The notes beneath the pieces were generated by a model. That model made no database searches. It saw nothing but the letters and a program-made list of their open reading frames with translations, and was not told the origin of the DNA. Of a DNA stretch of 64,000 nt, positions 40,578 to 54,774 are shown piece by piece. Origin of the DNA: Octopus vulgaris (lineage: Eukaryota). The stretch lies in the NCBI GenBank assembly GCA_951406725.2, contig OX597827.1:47926001-47990000 (forward strand), read 5' to 3'. Both the position numbers and the translations under genes were made by a program. Numbering within the stretch: the first letter of the stretch is position 1; each line of letters opens with the position of its first letter.

Positions 40578-40774
40578 ATCATAAATATGTATACTCAGGT
40601 ATACCATATATAAGTGTGTATATACACATATAAATAAATAAATAAATATATATATATATGTACATATATTTATGTTTACATAAATATTCATATCTACATC
40701 TATATCTTCTGTTTCGGTGTCGATAATTGCGGTCACTGTGCATGGTCCTTACAAACCTTAAAGAAGCGATACGT

Positions 40775-41430
40775 ACAGTCCGTTCTACTGATGCGTAAAA
40801 ATCTTTGATGTCAAATTAGAAAAAAAAAGGCATTCATTTTTGCGTAGAATCTTCCGAAACCAAGTTATTACTTCGTCTGTATTTCTCCGGAGAGGTAATA
40901 TCGGGTTTGCTTTATTGCTGACCAGTATTTATCTATCATTTCTTTGTACCTAAGTTCGGGTTAGAAAAATGTATAAAGCTGATGGGAATGTTGCTATTGA
41001 AATTCATTTTCGGGTCTTTCATGTTTATTTATGTCGTATAAGTCTATTCTATTAGGTACCTACCTGTTTCGATTGTGGTCTATGTATCTTTTAAATCTGC
41101 ATATTCTGTTATTTTGTATGTATTGGATACAGGTTCTGGAAAAAAGGTGTGAATATGCAGTTTGACTTAAACGGTAGGTATTGTTTGTCTTGTCCGGTTT
41201 TACAGACGCATTTGATCTTGTATTTAGGTAGTCGATTTTCTGCATCAGTTCTTTATTCTATGCCTTATTGTGCTTGTCAATCTTTTTCCTTGGTCGTTGA
41301 AATTAGATCACTTCAAAGTGTTTTGGTTCGGCTGGCATTTAACTATTTAAATGTAGCAGTTGTTGGTGGTCTGTACATACTTTTGGTCTTTTTTTATAGT
41401 AGCTTGCTTCATGCTCTTGCTTGCTGAGGC
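40775..41430 (-). mobile_element. Decayed Naiad/Chlamys-type PLE, N-terminal RT region
   Basis: Minus strand: FESDLIS, KPDKTNNTYRLSQTAYSHL, RNTDEVITWFRKI..FDIKDFYASV. These match the ADKT.N.Y and W.NT..VI.WF..FDI..FYPSI motifs. Confidence 0.7.
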
Positions 41431-41725
41431 AGGAGTCATCACAGGTTAGTTGTTCCAGAGACGTTATCATACTAGAGCCCACCAGGTCCACCAATGTTCT
41501 TCAGCCAAGGTGACGTTGACCCTCCAGAGATCTCTTTAATCTTGTCCAGCCATATGGTCGGGCCTTGCAGGAGACCTCTTCCAGCTTGCAGCTGCTGCGC
41601 CGAATGAGAGTGAAGCTCTAGTAGAATGATAGAACGGGAGACGGAGGACATGTCAGCTTTTCGGGATTTTTTCTTTGAGCTAATGCGTTTTGGTTGGTAT
41701 TGTTTATTATTTTTCAACAAGAATA

Positions 41726-41894
41726 GGCGTAGGAGTGGCCGTGTTGTATGTAGCTTGCTTACGAACCACATGGTCCCGAGTTCAGTCCCACTGTGTGGCA
41801 ACTTAGCCAAGTGTCTTCTACTATAGCCTCAGGCCGACCAAATCCTTGTGAGTGGATTTGGTAGACGGATACTGAAATAAGCCCGTCGTATATA

Positions 41895-41941
<47 letters not shown>

Positions 41942-41948
41942 GTATGTG

Positions 41949-42007
<59 letters not shown>

Positions 42008-42240
42008 GTATATGTTTGTATGTGTATATGTTTGTGTGTCTGTGTTTGTCCCCCCAACATCACTTGACAAACGATGCTGGTGTGTTTACGTTCCTGTAAC
42101 TTAGCCGTTCGCCAAAAGAGACCGATAGAATAAGTACTAAGCTTACAAAGAATAAGCCCTGGGGTCGATTTGCTCGACTAAAGGAAGTGTTCCAGCATGG
42201 TCACAGTCAAATGACTGAAACAAGTAAAAGAGTAAAAGAA
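41726..42240 (+). mobile_element. SINE family B with expanded internal microsatellite
   Basis: Full collinear match; candidate TSD AAGAATAG on both sides. Confidence 0.9.
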
Positions 42241-42244
42241 TAGT

Positions 42245-42465
42245 TTTGACTGTGAAACTTTGGTGTGTCAGTATGCTATTATGTAAAGGCCATCGATGGC
42301 ACCAATATTTGTTGAGTCTTTTGATCCAATGCTTACAACAAATGGATCTTTAGCGTTTTTTTAATTCAAAAAGCATTCTTCTGGAAGACGAGGGGTTTCC
42401 TTCCTTGTGATATTATTTCTATTTTAGAGTCGTTTCTTGTAGTTATTGCCTTTCGAAACAGCCAT
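42245..42465 (-). mobile_element. Naiad-type PLE RT fragment, same family as 33960
   Basis: Reverse complement AATAACTACAAGAAACGAC..GGAAGGAAACCCCTCGTCTTCCAGAAGAATGCTTT aligns with 33985-34060. Confidence 0.7.
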
Positions 42466-43353
42466 AAGAATAAATTTCGTTATTGATGCATAATAATCCA
42501 TGAGGTGAAACTTGAAGAAAAGGCAAGGCATTCATTTTTCTTTAGGATCTTATTAAACCAACTTATTACTCTGCATCTTTCATTCTCGAGCAGTAATCTC
42601 GTGTTAGCTCATACATACACACACAAACACGCACACACACAAACACAGACACACACACATACGCACGCACGCACATATGTATACATGTATATACGTATGT
42701 ATATTGACAAAATAACGAAGGCAGCTATACGCAATATAAAATCAAATAAACAAAAATTCAATTGTGTCTAAGGGTGTCGGGTAACACCTATATTGCTAGA
42801 AACGAGAGTTAAGAACTCTTAGAGCTGCAAGAAAGCGCATTTTGTTATACTGACAAGGGAGATAACTGCCCCACAGTGAAGCTAGATCACTATACTAGAC
42901 TAGTTCTGTTTGAAAATTATAAACTCATTATCCAGTACTCCATGGCTGGATGATTTCGCTAAATCCTGACTATATTTACAATTATGTCTGATTCAACAAA
43001 ATGCTAATGGGAAGATTATTAAATAACGAAGGTAGCTATGCGCAATATAAAAACAAAAAAAGGAAAATTCGATTGTCACTAATTGTGACTGAGGGTGCTG
43101 AAGAGCACCTTACATATGTTGCTAGCAGCAAGAGGATCTTTTGAGCCGCAAATACATACATACATACATACATACATACATACATACATACATGCATACA
43201 TTCATACATACATACATACATACATACATACATGCATACATTCATACATACATACATACATACATAATACATATATATACATACATACAGATATGCATAC
43301 ATACATACACACATACATACATACATACACACATACATACATACATGCATGCA

Positions 43354-43408
<55 letters not shown>

Positions 43409-43665
43409 GGATAAACTGGGATTTTCAGAAAGAGAAAATGACCGGCTGATTCGTATGTTACAAGTGCAATCTATGGGTGGAATAGTAAATATATGCAATT
43501 TCCAAATGTGAATTTTCATATTCGAAGTGTGAATTCGTGTTAGCTGCATCCCAAAGATGGAGCCTCGTATCTTAGTTTGAAACCGGCTCCCTCCTCTGTG
43601 GAAGATTGATAATTAATTAAAAAATAGAAGAGACATACATACATATGCTGACATACATGCATACA

Positions 43666-43697
<32 letters not shown>

Positions 43698-43715
43698 CAT
43701 ACATACATACATACA

Positions 43716-43747
<32 letters not shown>

Positions 43748-43804
43748 CCCCCACGCGCACACACACATACATATGTATATACATATTTACAGATTTTCAC
43801 TGCA

Positions 43805-44200
43805 TGAACTTGCAGGTGGGGCTCAGTTAGAATTTTGTTCTGATCGAGTAGTCCATCCCGCTCAAAAGGTCCCTGAATAAGGATTGTTTAAGAATGTTGA
43901 ACGATCCACCCATGTTTCCAAAGGTGAATTATCCAAACCTACAAGAATTCCTTTCAACAAACGGATATGATACTCCCCCACTACTTCTGCTCATGATGAA
44001 CGATGCACATATCGTCAGCCAATAAGGGACATGGCCAACTGGTTATGGTCAAACAACTGACAAGCAAATCTGGTATTGAGCAGAATATTTGCTGCAGCCC
44101 ATCTTTTATACCAAGACAAAACAACGTACATGATAACACTTCTAGTCAGTTATGATCAGAAGCCATGAGAGCCACTGTCATGTACTGCATCATGGCAATT
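43805..44200 (-). mobile_element. Unclassified interspersed repeat, family D (partial)
   Basis: Reverse complement of 57762-58155; abuts (TTA)n at 44210-44262. Confidence 0.85.
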
Positions 44201-44207
44201 ATCATCA

Positions 44208-44254
<47 letters not shown>

Positions 44255-44267
<13 letters not shown>

Positions 44268-44390
44268 TCACTGCCTGAAATCGAACGGAGATGGAGGCTG
44301 GAGGGTATATCAGCCGAAACGTTGAGGACAAATATCCGTCAAATGTAAATAATATAAATAATGTAAATAATTCCTCATCTCTTAAATATA
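44255..44390. mobile_element. Rearranged family E copy: inverted tRNA-head piece joined to a forward hammerhead tail
   Basis: ATTCAGGTCACTGCCTGAAATCGAAC is in the same orientation as 24234-24259. It is followed by GATGGA-GGCTG-GAGGGTATAT-CAGCC-GAAACGTT in the opposite element orientation. Confidence 0.65.
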
Positions 44391-45165
44391 GTGTTTTAAT
44401 TTTGATAAATAAAAGAGAATGAAGAAAGTGTAATGATTAGTCAGAAAGGCATGGGATGTCATTTTATCCCGGTGGTTGTTGATATGTAGCTGAATACAAA
44501 CATCAAAAATTAATGCCATAATTACCACTGCTAACGTAACTGAAGCAATGAACAAACATAATTATCTCGATAACAATTCATGCATAACATCAACAAACAG
44601 GTTTCAAGAAGTATCTGAATCAATCGAAAGCAAATTTTAGATCCAATGCATGAAACTAATACGGAAATAAAATAATGGGAAGTCACGAGTAGGATGACCT
44701 TGAAGTAAGTTCTTACCGACCAGTTCGGACTCGGGGTCAGAAACAATAAGAAAGAATCGACAAAAAGATTCTTTATAAGTCTAGATACAATATTGCTCGG
44801 CTAAAAGACATATAACCTCTCATATAGATTATCATTTAAACATAAATCTGCTCGACCGAGTTATTTTGGGTTTAAATAGGCAGAACAAGAATGAAATACA
44901 AAGAGTATTCATTACTATCATATTGGCAACATAGACGACGATATCAGATTATTTGAAATCCAATGCCTTTCGAAACAAGTTGTCTAACACTTATAGCAAA
45001 TTGGAACTGACTGGTGTGTGTTGCCTCTTCTTCCATTACAAAGAAAATGTTCTTCATTCTACATTTGTTTTTCTATGCACAGTGTCTCAATTCGCTACTA
45101 TTTTACTTTGTCTTTTTTCTTGTAAAGCAAAAATCAATAAAAATAAGTGCAAGAAAATAATAAAT

Positions 45166-45219
<54 letters not shown>

Positions 45220-46109
45220 GCAGTATCGTGCTAAATTAGATGCACTCAAAAAAAAAAAAGAAAAGAGAACATGTGTAGAGAAAAAACAGTATCATTGATA
45301 ATAAATCTTGTTCGTTCGGAGCATAGGACCAAAGAAACTGTTACAATATTATGAATTTTTTTCAATATGTATTATTTGTGTTTTTCATAATATTTCTTGA
45401 AATCGATACGAGTGTAATGATATTGTAATTTAATATCTCCCTTGTCACCAGAAAAATAAAAATCTGTAAAATGAAACCTTTTAATTTTACAATTCCGATT
45501 TTTGATATTCCCTGTACGAAAAAAATTATGAGGAAAATAGTATTAAAATTTTACACACTCGCACACACATGCACACATACGCATACACACACTCATATAG
45601 AAATCATGACGAAATTGATGATGATGATATCGATGATGATGATGATATCGATGATGATGATGACGATGGTGGTGATGGTGCTTATAGTGTTACATGCAGC
45701 GATGAGTTCGATAGAGACATTGTTCCTGTAGGTGATGACGATGTTCATATTTTAACGGTGGTGATGATTGTGAGGTTGATGATGACGACGATGACAACGA
45801 TGACGATGGTTACGATGACAACGATGACAACGATGACGATGCAGATATTGATGGTAAGGATTATTTACATAAATTTAGTTAGGTATACGGAATATTCCTT
45901 AGGAGGAGTCTATGATATCTTGTGTATTATTTAACATCACGTGCTAGACACATACGAGATATATTTCTAAGAAACTTTACCGTAACTATTATGGAGATAT
46001 TACTTATGCCTTTGGTGACATTGTAGCACACTGGATGATTTTATGTTTAGTAGTTATGAGCTTCTGGCAAAGCATGTGGAGAAAATGATGTATGCGTCTA
46101 AAATACAGA

Positions 46110-46325
46110 TATTTCTTTACTGCCCACAAGGGGTTAAACATAGAGGGGACAAAAAAGGACAAAGGAATCACAATGACGCCATTTGCAAAACTGGTACTTT
46201 ATTTATCGACCCCGAAGGGATGAAAGGCAAAGTCGACCTCGGCGGAATTTGAACTCAGAACATAACGACAGACGAAACACCGCTAAACATTTCGCCCGGT
46301 GCGCTAACGTTTCTGTCAGCTCGCC
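46110..46325 (-). mobile_element. SINE family C
   Basis: Collinear with 24364-24591. Confidence 0.88.
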
Positions 46326-46439
46326 ATCGTCTAAAATACAGAGAGTCATTTGTTGGTGTGTTTGGACGAGACGTCGAAGTTGACCTTTGTACGCTAATAG
46401 ATAGAACTTGATATTTCAGAATATTCTCCATCATATGTT

Positions 46440-46760
46440 GGATCTATTTTCTGCACATCTTTGAATGCCGGCAACATCACTGAAAAATCCCTTGGCAGAA
46501 ATATTGACTGCAGCATATATGACAATCGTGTAATACAGAGACGGCCCATTACTTATAAGCAAAGCCCTGATAATTATTACTATTGGCGGCAAAATTTTGT
46601 GAGAGTTTATAATCAGATGTGGTGTTCCTCTTCTCACCAAATTGTAGATGGAGTGGATGTTGGCAATGTGTTCGTTTTCCCCATTCTATAAGCAAATTGT
46701 CTTATGAAATTTGTCTTAGCACTTCCTAACAAATTTCCCGGACTTCTCTCCTAAGCTGTA
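46440..46760 (-). mobile_element. Heavily decayed PLE GIY-YIG/C-terminal region
   Basis: Broken-frame LGSAKTNFIRQFAY, GRLCITRLSYML and GIFQ*CCRHSK resemble the Naiad-type YIGST.T.FK.R, C.LC..EK and E....CRH motifs. Confidence 0.4.
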
Positions 46761-47354
46761 ATTACTTGGACTTACGGTGAGGATGTTCCAATCACGATCT
46801 CAAGAACGTGCTTCTTATCCTGTCTCCGGTTGGTGGGTTGTGTTCCTGTGCAAAATAATTTCATGTTGTTCCAGTTTACTCAGTTTACTCAGCTATAGAA
46901 GAGAAGCTTCGCGTCATACTGGTACCCCATTTAGCGAGAGTATCGTCATCTTGAACTCTATACATCATGGAAACTGGTTAAATGCCGCGTGAATCCTAGA
47001 ACTCGATACAGTACTTCTCTACGCAGTTTGAGGCAAATCCCAAAGCAGGTATACTAAAGAAGGTCCCATCCTAGAGCGGAGGTAATTCTTCCAGATTCTG
47101 AGTAGGAAAATCAGCGGTGTCTCGGTGTTTCTGGGCAATCGCAAGTCATAAATCTACGTGAAGTAGTTTGAGGTTCTGTTGAAGAACTACAGAATAATTG
47201 ATTGCAGGATATTCTTGAAAGTTCTTATTCTTTGGACCTATAAATGTGATCTCAAATAGAACAAAGAAGCAATACGATCGCTAAGGTAGAAATACATTGG
47301 ACTTGGAAAATTCCTACCATGTAGCATAACTTCTACAAACCTCGAAAAATTATC

Positions 47355-47466
47355 CCCTTCGGTATGTCTATTCAATTTGTTTTATAACATAGTATAAATG
47401 CATCTAAATTTATATATGTGTATATACATATGTTATAAAACAAATTGAATACAACATACTGAAGGG
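47355..47466. repeat. Inverted repeat (~37-bp arms) around a TA-rich spacer
   Basis: CCCTTCGGTATGTCTATTCAATTTGTTTTATAACATA / TATGTTATAAAACAAATTGAATACAACATACTGAAGGG. Confidence 0.85.
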
Positions 47467-48587
47467 AAGGAAACACAATTTATATATTAAATTTGTGTTG
47501 TCTTCTGGCCTTACATGAAGGGAAAAGGAGAAATTCGCCCGTTTTCATATATGGAATATCTAAATTCAAAACAACATGATCCATGTCAGAAGAGCAAAGT
47601 TTGAAAACGATAAGAGCTGTATAATAAATATTTTCATCACAATCAGTAGGGAAATAATATTTATTATCCAGAAACAAAGTGTGATTAATATCAGTTATCC
47701 AGCCATTATATTGGGACGCCCTATAAATTCCGCCATCTCATCAATCTCACTAAAAGCAATGTTTTAAATATGCTATCTTCGACCAAACATCTTTATAAAT
47801 AATATATATGTAATTTTAATTTTATTTTATCGCTATTTACTGTTTACATATTTATTCATTTATTTTCGCTGAAACATATTGGAGATTGAATCTCGCTGCA
47901 ATATTTAATAACGTTTTATGTAGAAGATATATTAAATATGAGGAAAAAACTAAGTAACAATAGTCGTAGATATATTATCATTAGAAGGGCACTTAACGGC
48001 GCAAATATATAATCGTTAAAGTTTCAACTAGGGAAATGAACGCTTGCCGCCTGCGAAGACGAGGTGATGGAAGGTTAAGAATACCTAGAGATTCTAATAA
48101 TTACAAATTGAGAAATGAATTGTTCTGTGCTCTCACCATACACACATTTAGTGGAGTATCAAATTACATACATGGATACATGCATATATATATATATCTG
48201 TGTGTGCGGTATATGCGATTGTGTGTATATATGCATAGTTATACGTAAAGACATATTGGAATAAACATGACGTGCATATTGATGGTCATATACATACATA
48301 CATACATACATGTATATATATATATATATATACATACATACATACATACATTTATATATGCACAAAAAATACACACACAAACACACACATATACAGGGTG
48401 CGTTGAATAAATTGTCGTCTAAATTACGCAAAAATGATAACTTTGACATCTCATTAAACAGACATATTTACCAAAATTCGTTCTGAGTTCAAATTCCGCC
48501 GAGGTCGAATTTACCTTCCATCCTTTCGTGGTCGACACATTAATTACCAGTTGCGTACTAAATATCGGGCATTGTGCTTAGAATAGA

Positions 48588-48640
<53 letters not shown>

Positions 48641-48674
48641 TATATATACACACAGACATCTATATGTGTATATT

Positions 48675-49561
48675 TGTGTGTGTGTCAGTGTTTGTCCGCC
48701 CTCCATCGCTTGGTAACCGATTGTGGTGTGTTCACGCCCCCGTAGCTTAGCGGTTTAGCAGAAGAGACCAATAGAATAAGTACTAAGCTTACAAAGAGCA
48801 AGTTCTGGAGTTGATTTGCTCGACTAAGGGTAGTGATCCGGCATTGCGGCAGCCAAATGACTGAAACAATTATAAGAATAAAAGAATAAATGAAGAGATA
48901 TATCGTTTTAGTCTTTATTCTTTTACTTGTTTCAGTCGTTTGATTGTGGCCCTGCTGGAGCACCGGATGGAAGGGTTTTAGGTCGGACAAGTCGACCCCC
49001 AAGACTTATTTTTGAAGCCTAGTACTTATTCTATTGCCGAATTGCTATTATGCCGAACTGCTAAGTGATGGCGATGTAAAGACAACAACACCGGTTGTGG
49101 GGGACAACCAGAGACGGAAATATACAGACATATAAACATTTACATACACATAGATGGTGTGTATTGTGTACAGCAGTCCTTTTTCAGGAGTGGCTGTGTG
49201 GTAAGTTGCTTGCATACGAACCACATGGTTCTGGGTTCAGTCCCACTATGTGGCACCTTGGACAGGTGTCTTCTACTATAGCCTCGGACCGAGCAAGGCC
49301 TTGTAAATGTATTTGGTAGACGAAAACTGAAAAGAAGCCCGTCGTATATATAATCTTTTACTTTTTTACTTGTTTCAGTCATTTGACTGCGGCCATGCTG
49401 GAGCACTGCCTTTAATCGAGCAACTCGACCCCGGGACTTATTCTTTTGTAAGCCCAGTACTTATTCTATCGGTCTCTTTCGCCGAACCGCTAAGTAACGG
49501 AGACATAAACACACCAGCATCGGTTGTCAAGCAATGCTAGGGGGACAAACACAACACGCAA

Positions 49562-49624
<63 letters not shown>

Positions 49625-50040
49625 TATGACGGGCTTCTTTTCAGTTTCCGTCTGCCAAATCCACTCACAAGGCTTCGGTCGGCCCGAGGCTATAGTAGAA
49701 GACACTTGCCATAGGTGCTACGCAGTGGGATTGAACCCGGAACAATGTGGTTGGTAAACAAGCTACTTACCACACAGCCACTCCTGATATGTGAGTGAGT
49801 TTGTATGAGTGTGTGTGTATGTGTGTGTGTATGTTTGTGTGTCTGTGTTTGTCCCCATCATTGCTTGGCAACCGATACTGGTGTGTTTATGTGTCCGTAA
49901 ACAAGCGGTGCGGCACAAGAAACCGATAGAATAAGTACTAGGCTTACAAATAATAAGTCCTGGGGTCAATTTGCTCGACTAAAGGTGGTACTCCAGCATG
50001 GCTGCAGTCAAATTACTGAAACAAATAAAAGTAATAAAGA
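48675..50040. mobile_element. Nested cluster of five SINE family B segments in alternating orientation
   Basis: 48675-48890 (+, 3' half); 48915-49100 (-, 3' half); 49185-49345 (+, 5' half); 49355-49786 (-, full); 49800-50040 (+, 3' half). Confidence 0.88.
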
Positions 50041-51198
50041 AATATATATATATATTTCATTATGTTTACCTGCATAATTGTCTCGATATTTGCTCATCTG
50101 GTTTTCTGTTATAGCCACTCTATACCCCACCCCTGTAAATTCCTCCCACGTAAAGTCATCGGAGTCTTTACCAAGAATCCTTGGATCTCTTCTGTTGAGT
50201 TTTTGCATATATAAGTACGTATATGTAAATATACTTACATATGTGTATGTATATATATATGAATTTGCGCGTGTGTGTATGCGTTCGTCTTTTTTTTGTG
50301 CGTGTTTAAGTGTATATAATCATATATACAATTATAAATTTGCTTGAACGACTTTACTCTACTTGAAGATTTGAAGCCAATAGAGCGTATCTTTGCAATC
50401 CTGACATGAGCCATATGCCTGGCAACTGGTGGTTGTGCCATCCACCACAACGTCACATCAGCCAATTAGTTGCGTAATTCACTATATATAAAACATATGG
50501 AACGTGCTTAGTCGGAAGGTACATGCCATTTATTCAATGTGTGACAAAGCAGGACTTGTCATACGCTCTAAGATGCTAATTTGTGCTGGGACTCTGTTCA
50601 AAGTGCACCTGCATTTCCATTAATTAGCTACCAAAAACACTAATTCCATGCGTAAGTGAATTCATTTGAACAAAACGATTGCGATAATTCACTAACGTTG
50701 CCAGTGAACAACCCATTTATTTTATTAGTTAGTTCAATAAGTGTTTGTACCTTGCATACAAAGACACGGAATTCTATAACAGTTTGAATGGATATGTGCT
50801 CTCTAATACAACTATTCAGTTTATGAACTCCAGGGAGATGAAAAAAATGTGCATTGGAATATTTATGTGAATTGATAACATAAAATGGACAAAGAATTAA
50901 GTCATATATAAAATATGAATCAACGAAGTTGAGAAGGGAATATAGAGAGATTTCACAATCATGAATAGTGACCAGGCTGACAGCATCAGGTTTCTATTAC
51001 AAAAGTCACATTTACAGTGATACATGCACACGCAATCACACGACAAAACACACACACACACACACATACACACACACACACACAGATACAGACACATACT
51101 CAGAAATATCCACACACACAAATACAGTTCATGATAAATATAGAAATTGATAAGCAGTGAGGTGGATAGAGGGATGCAAAATGGGCAAACATAGGTGG

Positions 51199-51235
<37 letters not shown>

Positions 51236-51307
51236 CGTGTGTGTGTGTATGTATATACATATATATATTTATATATATATATCTATATATAAATATATAT
51301 ATATATA

Positions 51308-51367
<60 letters not shown>

Positions 51368-51452
51368 TATATGGTCGAATAAACAAATAGGCTGCGAGAC
51401 ACAAAAAGAGACTGACAAAAAGGTACATTGGTAAATAAATAGATATTCCCTT

Positions 51453-52164
51453 AAAATTCATTACTGATGTTTAAATATAGATGTTTTCGGTCTAATTTGG
51501 ATTCTTTGCCACCAAATTTGAATTTTTTGCCATCAAATTTGAATTGTTTGCAATCAAATTCGAATTCTTTGCAATCAAATTTGAATTTTTCAATTGGTGC
51601 ACAAGCCTTGAAAAAAAGAGAGAGTTAAACTACATAAGCCGCAAGGGAATACATGTCTATCTTATCTAACTTGTCCGGTAGAGCCCACCAATTGATATCT
51701 GAAAAGTTCGATGAAATAACTCATGAACACTGCGATAGCTTCTACCAAATTATGCTTCAACATATTTACGTCTTCGACCGATTTGAACAAGGGGTACCAA
51801 AATATGCTTCAACATAATTACGTCGTCGATCGGTCTGAACAACGGGAGATAATAGAAAAAGAATCATTCGTTTATTATCTCCACTTGTTCAGACCGGTCG
51901 ACGACGTAAATATGTTGAAGCATGTTTTGGTAGAAGCTATCGCAGTGTTCATGAGTTATATCATCGAACTTTTCAGATATCAATTGGTGGGCTCTACTGG
52001 ACGAGTTAGATAAGATAGACATGTATTCCCTTGCGGCTGATGTAGTTTAACTCTCTCTTTTTTTTTCAAGGCTTGAGCGCCAATTGAAGAATTCAAATTT
52101 GATGACAAAGAATCTAAACTAGATCAAAAACATCTATATTAAAATACCTGCAGTAATCAATTTT
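51453..52164. repeat. ~710-bp fold-back element with ~20-bp loop
   Basis: Arms are highly similar over about 280 bp (e.g. GCCGCAAGGGAATACATGTCTATCTTATCTAAC / GTTAGATAAGATAGACATGTATTCCCTTGCGGC). The left arm has four ~21-bp tandem units and a ~50-bp duplication. Confidence 0.95.
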
Positions 52165-52273
52165 GTTTACGTGAGTACACAGATATAAATAACCTCAAAC
52201 ACACTCAGGCAATGCAGATCTTACACACGCACACATACATACACATATACACATGCATATATGTACACGTATG

Positions 52274-52601
52274 TCGGGGCACTCCGTCGGTTACGTCGAC
52301 GAGGGTTCCAGTTGATCCAATGTACGTAATAGCCGGCTCGTCAAATTAACGTACAAGTGGCTGAGCAGTTCACAGACACGTGTACCCTTAACGTAGTTCT
52401 CAGGGAGATTCAGCATGACACAGAATGTGACAAGGCTCGCCCTTTGAAATACAGGTACAACAGAAACAGGAAGAAGGAGTGAGAGAAAGTTGTGGTGAAA
52501 GAGTATAGCAGGTTTCGCCACCACACGCTGTCGGAGTCTTGTGGAGCTTTGGGTGGTTTTGGTGAATAAAATCTCACAAAACCCGGTTTGGGAATCGATC
52601 C
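52274..52601 (-). mobile_element. SINE family A
   Basis: Reverse match from GCACTCCGTCGGTTACG to GGGAATCGATCC. Confidence 0.85.
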
Positions 52602-52614
52602 TAGAATGGAGATC

Positions 52615-52922
52615 TTCGTCGGTTACGACGACGGGGGTTCCAGCTAATACGACCAACGGAACAACTTGCTCGTGGGATTAACATGCAAATGGCTGAGCAC
52701 TCAACGTGTACCTTTAACATAGTTCGCAGGGAGATTCAGCGTGACACAGGCTCTGACAAGGCCGGCTCTTCGAAATACAGGTACTACTTATTTTTTCCAG
52801 CTGAGTGGACTGGATCACGTGAAATAAAGTGTCTTGCTCAAAGACACAACGCGTCGCCAGGAATTGAACTCAAGAACTTACGCTCATACACCGACATCTT
52901 GAACACTATGCTACGCGCCTTC
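52615..52922 (-). mobile_element. SINE family A' (different head and centre, same 3' tail as A)
   Basis: Shares the CGTCGGTTACGACGACG tail; centre CCAGCTGAGTGGACTGGA and GTGTCTTGCTCAAAGACACAACGCG as in 54452-54755. Confidence 0.8.
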
Positions 52923-52927
52923 ACTAC

Positions 52928-52978
<51 letters not shown>

Positions 52979-52983
52979 TATGT

Positions 52984-53036
<53 letters not shown>

Positions 53037-53064
53037 TGTATGTATATGTGTGTGTATATATGTA

Positions 53065-54199
<1,135 letters not shown>

Positions 54200-54451
54200 T
54201 ATATATGTATATATGCACAATTATAATCAGGGGTCAGCTAATTGCTTCACAACGAACCGAATTTAGAAATAGAAGTTAAATGCTACAATTGTCTACTAGT
54301 ATTTTAGGTAAAATACTAGTAGAAGGTTATTTTTTAAAATGTTATTTTAACCTACCGAACAGTAAAATTATTAATTATTAATTAATTGATGAATTAATTT
54401 ATTTATTTTACCTTATTATTATTATTGAAATTATATATATCCCCATATATG

Positions 54452-54755
54452 TAGGCGCGTGGGTTAGTGGTTAGGGCATTAGGCTCGCGATCGTAGAGTC
54501 GCGTTGTGTCCTTGGGAAGACATTTTATTTCAAGGTGCTCCAGTCCACTCAGCTGGCAAAAATGAGTAGTACCTCTATATCAAGGGGACAGCCTTGTCAC
54601 ATCCCGTTTTACGCTGAATCTCCCTGAGAAGTATATGAAGGGGTACGCGTGTCTGTGGAGTGCTCAACCACTTACACGTTAATCTCTTGAGCTAGTGGCT
54701 GTTCCGCTGATTGAATCAACTGGAAACCTCGTCGTCGTAAGCGACGGAATGTCAG
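54452..54755 (+). mobile_element. SINE family A'
   Basis: GGCGCGTGGGTTAGTGGTTAGGG head, TGTGTCCTTGGGAAGACA, CCAGTCCACTCAGCTGG, tail CGTCGTCGTAAGCGACGG. Confidence 0.8.
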
Positions 54756-54774
54756 TAGTATATATGCACACATA

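Noticed and set aside
45569-45934. Asp-rich ORF resembling an acidic biomineralisation protein
   Set aside because: Degenerate (GAT)n repeat with no signal peptide or splice support.
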